64,000 nucleotides of DNA, taken from an uncultured Pseudomonadota bacterium (GTDB taxonomy: Bacteria; Oederibacteriota; Muellerivitia; Muellerivitales; Muellerivitaceae). This document shows, one piece after another, positions 18,630-25,933 of the stretch. Location of the stretch: the NCBI GenBank assembly GCA_963836235.1, contig CAWIIP010000002.1, forward strand, positions 1,728,001 to 1,792,000, in the 5' to 3' direction. Positions within the stretch are counted from its first letter, which is position 1, and each line of letters begins with the position of its first letter. Both the position numbers and the translations under genes were made by a program. The notes beneath the pieces were generated by a model, which saw only the letters and a program-made list of their open reading frames with translations, had not been told where the DNA came from and did not search any database.

Positions 18630-20237
18630 ATGCCTGAACTGATCGAAGCCCCCAGCCAAAATTTTATCTCCGCCGAACCCAAAGTCACCCTGGTCAATAC
18701 CTTTCACCAGCCTTTCGACAACGCGGTGGCCACCGCTCGCACTTGTTATTCCAGCAAGGGCATCATCACCTCGGGCCAAGTGGCGGGGGAGGGGTTGGAT
18801 GAGGAAAAGCAGGAAGACCGCCGGCAGAAACGCGACGACCTGGCCCGCTCCATTTACAAGGCGGGGCACCATACCACGCTCCAACACGCCCATTTCCAAT
18901 TCGCCCTCGAGAACGTCTCCCGGCAGTTCATTTGGAGTTTCCTCCACAGCCATCCTTTCTATAATTCCGAGCAGGTGTCTCAACGCTACGTGACGGTCAA
19001 TCCCACCCAGATGGCCATGCCGCCCTTATCCCATGACGCGGCCAGGGTTTACCTCCACACCATCGCCCTTCAAACCCAGGCTTATGAAGAGTTGACCGAA
19101 TCCCTGAAACCTTTAGTCGAGAGGGAATACCTGAGCCGTTTCAAACACGCGGACCCCAAGGGCAAAAAGGTCCTCATGGCGGTCCAAAAGAAATCACAGG
19201 AAGTCGCCCGGTACGTACTACCGGTAGCCACCTTCGCCTATCTGTACCACACGGTATCGGGCCTGACCCTTCTTCGTTACTGGCGCCTTTGCCAAACCTT
19301 CGACGCGCCCCTGGAACAAAGGCTGGTGGTAGGCAAGATGGTGGAGGCGGTCTTAAAAGAAGCCCCCGCTTACAAGGCGATCATGGAACAACCGCTGGCC
19401 TTCGAATCCACCGCCGAAGCGAAAATGTACGAGGAGTTCCATGCCACCGCCGCCACCCATAAGGCTTTCCGGCAGGAGTTCGACGCCTCCCTGGGCGGAC
19501 GAACCTCCAAGCTGGTGGATTATTCCAAAGAGGGAGAGAGGATGCTGGCTTCGGCGGTGCGGGAAGTGTTCGGACTGCCTTCCTCCGCCCTTTCCGACGA
19601 CGAGGCCATCACCCTGGCGCTGGACCCCTCCAAAAATAAATACCTGGGCGAAACCCTGAACGTGACCACCCACAGTAAACTTTCCCGGGCCCTCTTCCAT
19701 CCCCATTACACCTTCCGGAAGAAAATTTCCCACACTGGGGATTCGCAGGACCAAAGGCACCGCATGACGCCCGCTTCCCGTCCAATTCTTCACGCCCTCA
19801 CCCTGGACGAGCCGGATTACCTGGTTCCCGTCCTCTTTAAGCAGGACAAGATGTTGGAAAGGCGTTTCGCCGAAGTCATGAACCAAAGCTGGGAAGGCAT
19901 TGTCCAACTCCGCAAGATGGGCGTCTCCGAGGAGTTCGCCGCCTACCTATTGCCCAACGCGGTTTCGGTGCGCTTCACCGAATCGGCGGACCTTTTGAAC
20001 CTGCACCACAAGCACGCCATGCGGCTTTGCTATAACGCCCAGGAGGAAATTTGGCAGGCTTCCTTGGATGAGGCCCAGCAGGTGAGGGAAATCCATCCCC
20101 GAATCGGAAAATGGCTCTTGCCGCCCTGCACTCTCCGGGCCTTCGCGGGCACCCTGCCCAAATGTCCTGAAGGGGACCGCTTCTGCGGGGTAGTGGTGTG
20201 GAAGAAGGATTTGAACGAATACCAGAGAGTCATTTAA
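18630..20237 (+). CDS. thyX: FAD-dependent thymidylate synthase, two-domain type
   Basis: GHHTTLQH, SEQVSQRY in domain 1; SQDQRHR, YLLPNA, RLCYNAQEEI in domain 2. Confidence 0.85.
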   Translation: MPELIEAPSQNFISAEPKVTLVNTFHQPFDNAVATARTCYSSKGIITSGQVAGEGLDEEKQEDRRQKRDDLARSIYKAGHHTTLQHAHFQFALENVSRQFIWSFLHSHPFYNSEQVSQRYVTVNPTQMAMPPLSHDAARVYLHTIALQTQAYEELTESLKPLVEREYLSRFKHADPKGKKVLMAVQKKSQEVARYVLPVATFAYLYHTVSGLTLLRYWRLCQTFDAPLEQRLVVGKMVEAVLKEAPAYKAIMEQPLAFESTAEAKMYEEFHATAATHKAFRQEFDASLGGRTSKLVDYSKEGERMLASAVREVFGLPSSALSDDEAITLALDPSKNKYLGETLNVTTHSKLSRALFHPHYTFRKKISHTGDSQDQRHRMTPASRPILHALTLDEPDYLVPVLFKQDKMLERRFAEVMNQSWEGIVQLRKMGVSEEFAAYLLPNAVSVRFTESADLLNLHHKHAMRLCYNAQEEIWQASLDEAQQVREIHPRIGKWLLPPCTLRAFAGTLPKCPEGDRFCGVVVWKKDLNEYQRVI

Positions 20238-20277
20238 TCAGCTGTTGGCAAACAGCAATTAGCAAGAAGGACTATTT

Positions 20278-20778
20278 ATGGGGAATCCCATCCATTTGAA
20301 AGCTTGGCCCCCGGCGCTTCTGCTGATTTTTGCACTTCACCCGGCTTTCGCCCAAACCACGAAACAATCCACCGCCCCAGCCATCTCCCCAAACCAGGCC
20401 GTTCTGGCCAAGGCGCTCCGGTTCTGGGTCTATGAGAAAAGCACCGATGTCGTGAACGACGTGACCGGGCTTTTCGACAGCAAAGCCCAAAAAATCACCC
20501 TCAAGTGCGAACTAAAGAACCTAACGGGCAATGAGATTCACGGTGTCCGGGGCACCTTGAGGTTCACGACTTTCTTCGGCGAAAAGATAGCGGATATCGC
20601 CATCGAAACCACCGCCGCCATTCCTTCCGGCCAGGTGATCGGGGTGAATTGGAACATCCCCACGGACCGATTGAGCCCGGAAGTTTTTGACAAGCTGAAA
20701 AAAACGAAGTTGGAGCAGATGAAGCAGGTTTGGTATCCCTACATGATCGCCTTCACCGATGGAACAGTTCTTAAATAA
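20278..20778 (+). CDS. Exported hypothetical protein (beta-sandwich-like)
   Basis: Signal peptide ending AFA-Q; LKNLTGNEIHGVRG ... IAFTDGTVLK. Confidence 0.7.
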   Translation: MGNPIHLKAWPPALLLIFALHPAFAQTTKQSTAPAISPNQAVLAKALRFWVYEKSTDVVNDVTGLFDSKAQKITLKCELKNLTGNEIHGVRGTLRFTTFFGEKIADIAIETTAAIPSGQVIGVNWNIPTDRLSPEVFDKLKKTKLEQMKQVWYPYMIAFTDGTVLK

Positions 20779-20793
20779 ATAATAGGAAACAGG

Positions 20794-20872
20794 GCCGCAA
20801 ATCCGCGCGGATTTTCGCCGTTTAAAATAGGGTTCAAGATTTAATCGGCGTTGATTTGCGCGAATCTGCGGC
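20794..20872. repeat. Intergenic imperfect inverted repeat with 10-bp periodic CGCNRAT arms
   Basis: Arms 20794-20826 and 20840-20872, 25/33 identical after reverse complement. Confidence 0.7.
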
Positions 20873-20885
20873 TAAGATGTGCCCC

Positions 20886-21620
20886 ATGAAACCCAACCGG
20901 CTTGTCTTATTCGATATCGACGGAACCCTCCTTTCCACCGACCGCGGCATTTGGGAAGACCCCTTCCGCGAGGGAATGGAAAAGGCCTTCCGCGAGGCGG
21001 GCGACCCCCGCATCATCGATACTCACCAATACCGGATGGGCGGCAAGACCGACACCCAGATCATCCATGAAATCCTGTCGCAAAACGGCATCGACGAAGC
21101 CACCATCACGAGGATGCTGCCGCTTATCGGCAAAACGTATATGGGATTGTTGCGGGACAAGGTGAAGGAAAGGCCGGACTATATTCTGCTGAAGCCGGGA
21201 GTCGAAACACTTTTGGAGGACCTTCACCAAGATCCCAATGTCCTGCTCGGGCTCCTGACGGGGAATTTCGAGGAAGGGGCCTATTTAAAGCTTTCCGCCC
21301 ATGGGCTGGACCGTTATTTCGATTTTGGGGCCTTCGGGGAGAACACGCAAAAAAGGTCCGACCTGCCTCCCCGAGCCCTGGCGGCCGCCGAAAAAAAACA
21401 TGGGGTTCAATTTTTCGAAAAAGAAATCGTCATTATCGGGGATACGCCCAACGACATCCATTGCGGCCGCGACCTCAATGTCCGAACCCTGGCTGTCGCC
21501 ACCGGCACCTTTACCCTGGAACAACTTTCGGCGGAGAAGCCGGATTTTGTTTTTCCCGACTTTCGGGACAAGGCCAAGGTTCTCTCGGCCATCTTGGATT
21601 TATTTCCCCCATCCGCTTAA
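20886..21620 (+). CDS. HAD-family hydrolase (phosphoglycolate phosphatase-like)
   Basis: LFDIDGTLL motif I, LLTGN, IIGDTPNDI; start taken at ATG20886. Confidence 0.9.
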   Translation: MKPNRLVLFDIDGTLLSTDRGIWEDPFREGMEKAFREAGDPRIIDTHQYRMGGKTDTQIIHEILSQNGIDEATITRMLPLIGKTYMGLLRDKVKERPDYILLKPGVETLLEDLHQDPNVLLGLLTGNFEEGAYLKLSAHGLDRYFDFGAFGENTQKRSDLPPRALAAAEKKHGVQFFEKEIVIIGDTPNDIHCGRDLNVRTLAVATGTFTLEQLSAEKPDFVFPDFRDKAKVLSAILDLFPPSA

Positions 21621-21775
21621 CCCCGAAATTCCCCGCCAAAAGCCGGGGAACCCCGCTTCCCCCTTCAAAATCCTCGAATCTCTAAAAAATAAAAATTATT
21701 TTTTTCTGTAACCTTCCGTTCTGGGCCTTCTATTCATTTACAACACCATTTCGAAGGCATCGCCTGGAGGGTTTT

Positions 21776-22441
21776 ATGAAGAAAATATCTTTGCTGTCGT
21801 TCGCCGTCCTTTTCATGGCCGTTTCAGCCATTCTGACCAGTTGTTCCCAAAATAGTTATAGCCCTTCTTCACCCTATGGTTCGGCGACAAATACCTTCAC
21901 CCCGACTCCGACCCCCACCGGCCCCACTTCCACTCCCACCAACAGTCCGACCGTGACTTTGACCTTTACGCCCACGAACACGGCAACGGTCACACCCACT
22001 GCCACCGTTACTAATACGCCGACCATCACCAACACACCCACGAATACGGCCACCCTTACGCCCACGGCTACCATTACCGATACCCCCACAGTCACCAATA
22101 CCCCCACCCCCAAGACCGTCACGATCATGGTCATTTCCGCCTCGGGAAGCTACCGTTATTCCCTGGATGGAACCACGGCCCTCAGCGCGCCGATTACCCT
22201 TTATCACGGGGATTCCATTCTTTGGAGCCTGTCGAATCCGAGCATCCATCCCCTTTACTTGGATAACGGGGCCAGCTGTCTCGTCACCAACCTTAATACC
22301 GGCGGCTCTTATACCTACTCAAGCTTTTCAGTGGGCACCTATCATTTCCATTGTGGGAACCATGGGTCCTGCAGCCCCTCCAACTCGACTTGTCCGGGCG
22401 CCATTTGCACCGGAATGACGGCGGACGTCATCGTCCAATAG
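21776..22441 (+). CDS. Lipoprotein with Thr/Pro-rich linker and C-terminal cupredoxin-like domain
   Basis: Lipobox LTSC, (T-x)n linker, IHPL ... YHFHCGNH ... GM copper-ligand pattern; SD GGAGG. Confidence 0.7.
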   Translation: MKKISLLSFAVLFMAVSAILTSCSQNSYSPSSPYGSATNTFTPTPTPTGPTSTPTNSPTVTLTFTPTNTATVTPTATVTNTPTITNTPTNTATLTPTATITDTPTVTNTPTPKTVTIMVISASGSYRYSLDGTTALSAPITLYHGDSILWSLSNPSIHPLYLDNGASCLVTNLNTGGSYTYSSFSVGTYHFHCGNHGSCSPSNSTCPGAICTGMTADVIVQ

Positions 22442-22463
22442 ATTTCCACTCTCCTTTGTTTTG

Positions 22464-22500
22464 AAGGGCCTCCGAGACTCTCTCCCGGGGGCCCTTTTTT
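22464..22500 (+). terminator. Rho-independent terminator
   Basis: AAGGGCCTCCG...CGGGGGCCCTT stem followed by a T-run. Confidence 0.8.
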
Positions 22501-22596
22501 ATTTCCGTTTCCCCGTTTAAAACCTTCTTGCAAAAAGCCCTCCAACTCGTGAAGATACGGTCCATCAGCATTCCATCCCGGATTCAAAGGAAAGCC

Positions 22597-23430
22597 ATGA
22601 CCACCCATATCCGCCTGGCCCACAGCCCGGACGCCGACGACGCCTTCATGTTTTACGGCCTGGCCAAAAACAAGATCGACACCGAGGGCATCGAGTACGA
22701 GCATGTTTTGAAGGACATCCAGACCCTCAATGAATGGGCGAAGGAAGGGCGCATGGAAGTCACCGCCATCTCGGCCCATGCCTACGCCTACGTGAAGGAC
22801 AAGTACGCCATCCTGACCCACGGGGGGAGCATCGGGAAGAACTATGGCCCCATGATCGTGGCCATGGAAGACAAGCCCATTGAGGCCTTCAAGGGAAAGA
22901 AGATCGCCATCCCTGGGAAAATGACCAGCGCCTACCTGGCTTTCAAGCTCTGCCTGCCGGATTTCCAGGAAGTCGTGGTGAATTTCGACGAGATCATGGA
23001 AGAAGTGGTGAAGGGCAACGTGGACGCGGGGCTCATCATCCACGAGGGCCAGCTGACCTACCGGGAAAAGGGGCTTTATAAGATCATCGACTTGGGCGAG
23101 TGGTGGTTTAAGAAAATGGGAATGGTTTTGCCCATGGGGGTCAACGCCATCCGCCGGGACTTGCCCGAGGACGTGAAGAAAAAGGTTTCCCGTCAACTCA
23201 AGGAATCTATCCAATATTCCCTCGACCACCGGGAAGCCGCCCTAGATTACGCCCTGGCCTTCGGGCGGGGTCTTTCCAAGGAAGTGGCCGATAAGTTCGT
23301 CGGGATGTGGGTCAATGACCGCACGGTGGACATGGGCGAGGAAGGCCAGGCGGCCATCCGGGAGTTCTTGAAACAGGGTGAACAGAAGAAGTTGATTCCC
23401 ACCGTCGGCGAGATCGAATTCGTCAGTTAG
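22597..23430 (+). CDS. mqnD: 1,4-dihydroxy-6-naphthoate synthase (futalosine menaquinone pathway)
   Basis: IRLAHSPDADDAFMFY, DIQTLN, YGPMIV, AGLIIHEGQLTY, LPMGVNAIRR. Confidence 0.85.
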   Translation: MTTHIRLAHSPDADDAFMFYGLAKNKIDTEGIEYEHVLKDIQTLNEWAKEGRMEVTAISAHAYAYVKDKYAILTHGGSIGKNYGPMIVAMEDKPIEAFKGKKIAIPGKMTSAYLAFKLCLPDFQEVVVNFDEIMEEVVKGNVDAGLIIHEGQLTYREKGLYKIIDLGEWWFKKMGMVLPMGVNAIRRDLPEDVKKKVSRQLKESIQYSLDHREAALDYALAFGRGLSKEVADKFVGMWVNDRTVDMGEEGQAAIREFLKQGEQKKLIPTVGEIEFVS

Positions 23431-23445
23431 CCCATCGGGGGTTTC

Positions 23446-23772
23446 TTGAAAAAGAAAAGGAAGGACCCATGGCATTTATACGTCGCTGAATGCGCCGATG
23501 GTTCCTATTACACCGGCATCACCAAGGACGTTGAGAAACGAATCCAGACCCATAATTCGGGCAAGGGAAGCAAGTACACCGCCACCCACCGGCCCATCAA
23601 GCTGATCTTCCAGGAACCCCAGGCCAATTACTCCACGGCTCTCCGGCGCGAATACCAAGTCAAAACTCTTTCCAAAAATCGCAAGGCCCGGTTCATCGCC
23701 GGGGAAAAGCTACCGAAGCCCGCCCGCAAAGCCAAGATGAGCTTTCAACGGAATCAAAAGCGAAAAGCTTAA
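23446..23772 (+). CDS. GIY-YIG nuclease family (YhbQ/UPF0213)
   Basis: LYVAECADGSYYTGIT, RIQTHNSGKGSKYT, ALRREYQVK. Confidence 0.88.
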   Translation: MKKKRKDPWHLYVAECADGSYYTGITKDVEKRIQTHNSGKGSKYTATHRPIKLIFQEPQANYSTALRREYQVKTLSKNRKARFIAGEKLPKPARKAKMSFQRNQKRKA

Positions 23773-23958
23773 ACCTCTCCTTCCGTGTCCCATCCCTTTC
23801 TTGAAGAAAGCCGTCAAAACCGCTGGGCCCCCAAAACCCGGGCGAAAAGAAAAAGGGCATAAGATTTCAGGGGCCCAACACTCAGCCTGTTGAGAGTTCG
23901 AGAACCATAATTGAGTTTTTCGACTCTTTCGTTTAATTGGACAAAATCGTTCAAACGC

Positions 23959-23987
23959 TTGTATTCCCTGTTAAATATCTGTAACTT
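23959..23987 (+). promoter_or_regulatory. Putative sigma70 promoter of the beta-barrel gene
   Basis: TTGTAT-17 bp-TAACTT; predicted start of transcription coincides with the first UTR hairpin. Confidence 0.5.
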
Positions 23988-23992
23988 CGTGC

Positions 23993-24121
23993 GGTTCCGC
24001 CTGGCAGCGGGACCATAGACCGGCCGGAGGTTTTAGGGTTTCGAACGCCGGGTTTATGTGGTTTTTCTTTCGTGTTCCGTCCCCTGACGGCGCATGAAAT
24101 AAAATTTTAAGGAGAGAAAGA
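23993..24121 (+). promoter_or_regulatory. Structured ~130-nt 5' UTR (three hairpins)
   Basis: Stems 23993-24014, 24014-24058, 24068-24099, then SD AAGGAG at 24109. Confidence 0.5.
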
Positions 24122-24778
24122 ATGAGAAAGACTCTAGCTTTGGCCATGGGGTTGGTGTTGACGGCATCCGTTTCGTTCGCCGCCGACGCGACTTCCAGCA
24201 GCACGGCAGCCAAGACGACGGCTACCAGCAGCACAGCGGCGAGCAGCACGGCTTCCAGTTCGGACAATGGAAAGTTAGTGCTTCAGATACAGGGTGGGTT
24301 GACGATCCCGACCAGCAGCGGATTGTCCACTTTCACCGCGGCCGGACCCAGCTTCGGAGGGATGATCGGCTACGCTTTTTCCAAGGATTTCACCTTGGGC
24401 GTGGAGAGCGGCGTTGAAGAATGGATCACCCAGTCCAAGTACGGCCAAGGGGGAATCAACCATATTCCCTTGGAACTCCTCGGCCAATATAACTTCACGG
24501 GCGGGTCAATTGTTCCCTATATTGACTTGGGCGTGGGCGTGGCCTTTGACTGGTCCACGGACTTCATCCCGAGCCAGACGAATTTTGAGCTGGATCCGGG
24601 AATTGGGGTCGCCTTCAACCTCGCCAAGGATTTCAATCTCTTTGTCCAAGGCAAGCTGGCCATGGATTTCAACTCCACGGGAAAGAACGGCGAAAGCATC
24701 GCCGCTTCCTCCACGGCCTCGCCGGACAGCCCGCTCATGTCGATCCCTGTCCAATTGGGCGTGAATTTGTCGATCTAA
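24122..24778 (+). CDS. Outer-membrane beta-barrel protein (OmpA/OmpW-like 8-strand)
   Basis: Signal peptide SFA-A, Ser/Thr/Ala linker, alternating strands, IPLELLGQYNF, IVPYIDLGVG. Confidence 0.8.
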   Translation: MRKTLALAMGLVLTASVSFAADATSSSTAAKTTATSSTAASSTASSSDNGKLVLQIQGGLTIPTSSGLSTFTAAGPSFGGMIGYAFSKDFTLGVESGVEEWITQSKYGQGGINHIPLELLGQYNFTGGSIVPYIDLGVGVAFDWSTDFIPSQTNFELDPGIGVAFNLAKDFNLFVQGKLAMDFNSTGKNGESIAASSTASPDSPLMSIPVQLGVNLSI

Positions 24779-24798
24779 GCTAAGCTTTTTCAGTCTTC

Positions 24799-24837
24799 AA
24801 CCCCGCTTTCCTTTGGGAGGGCGGGGTTTTTTGTTTT
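24799..24837 (+). terminator. Rho-independent terminator
   Basis: AACCCCGCTTTCC-TTT-GGGAGGGCGGGGTT followed by a T-run. Confidence 0.85.
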
Positions 24838-24912
24838 CAGGGGGCCTCTTTGGGTTCCTTTTTGGAAAGGATCGACAACCAACCAAAATTAAACCACCCT
24901 GGCGAAAGGGAA

Positions 24913-24976
24913 TGTGATCCGGATCATAGCACTTGGGCCCCGCGCGAAAAAAGCGGCCATTATGAGTGGGGTCATA
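24913..24976. promoter_or_regulatory. Two CRP/FNR-family-like boxes
   Basis: TGTGA-N6-TCATA (24913-24928) and TATGA-N6-TCATA (24961-24976). Confidence 0.45.
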
Positions 24977-25055
24977 AAATTTGTTTTTAAAATTGAATAA
25001 ATTAATTCCGGTTCAACCTCTTTAGTCAAAGTTCCAACCCTGCAAGGAGTGGGAC

Positions 25056-25679
25056 ATGAAAAACAGTTCGATCTATTCCTGGGCTCTGGCTTTGGTCCTC
25101 GGTTATATCCTCTACCTGGCCGCGACCCTGGTGGGAAGCCTTTTTCTTTCCGGCAGTTACCTGGCCCTTCCACCCCTCTACGCCAACCAGATTCTGCACC
25201 CGGCCGCCGCCTATCTCTGTGGCCTTATCATGCTATTGGGGTTTCTCTTCGGGCTCAGGGTGTTTCATGGCACCTTTTTCGTGGAATGGTCCCTCTTGGC
25301 CCTCCTGATGTATGTTCTGGGCTATTTTTTATCCACCTTTGACGCGTCCTTTTTTACCACCATTGAAGGCCGGACCTTCCTGCTGGGTTTGGCTTTCTTT
25401 CCCGCCGTCCTTTGTACCGCGGCCTTTACCCACATCGTGAAAACCCTGGGCCCGGCGGTCGGGTACCGTGGAGAAAAGTCTTTCGGTTATTTACAAAGGC
25501 ACCCCCTTAAAAATTGGATGGGACGGCTGACGCTGGCTTGGATGGTTTTTCCGGTGGTTTATTTTCTCTTCGGGATGGCCGTGGCCCCCATCGCTGTTCC
25601 TTTTTTGGAGGACCTCAGCTCCCTCGCCATTCCATCCCTGGGCCTGGCGGTTCATTACCAAATGGAGGAAGAAACCTGA
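25056..25679 (+). CDS. Integral membrane hypothetical protein, possibly C-terminally truncated
   Basis: 5-6 hydrophobic segments, SD AAGGAG; abrupt acidic tail. Confidence 0.6.
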   Translation: MKNSSIYSWALALVLGYILYLAATLVGSLFLSGSYLALPPLYANQILHPAAAYLCGLIMLLGFLFGLRVFHGTFFVEWSLLALLMYVLGYFLSTFDASFFTTIEGRTFLLGLAFFPAVLCTAAFTHIVKTLGPAVGYRGEKSFGYLQRHPLKNWMGRLTLAWMVFPVVYFLFGMAVAPIAVPFLEDLSSLAIPSLGLAVHYQMEEET

Positions 25680-25773
25680 GGCGGTGAGGATCCGGGTTTC
25701 AGACAAGTCGTGCCCCGGGCTGAAAGGACGCCGCTTTCGAAGGTTCCGGCTCATGTTAAAATTCCAGGCCTTT

Positions 25774-25789
25774 TGATTCACGTGAATCA
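25774..25789. promoter_or_regulatory. Perfect 16-bp palindrome, parS-like
   Basis: TGATTCACGTGAATCA versus parS consensus TGTTTCACGTGAAACA (2 symmetric differences). Confidence 0.5.
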
Positions 25790-25933
25790 CTTTAGAGAAT
25801 TCTTAATATCGCATGAGGGAAAAAGGCGGCCCGCGATTTCTCGGGAAAGCCTTTAAAAACGGCCTTCATTGCCCGATACCCAAGCCCTATATTGGGGGAC
25901 CGTCGGCGGACTCCAGTATCCAGGGAAGGGAAA

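Noticed and set aside
25734-25761. dif-like site (TCATGTTAAAA resembles a XerD arm)
   Set aside because: No matching XerC arm
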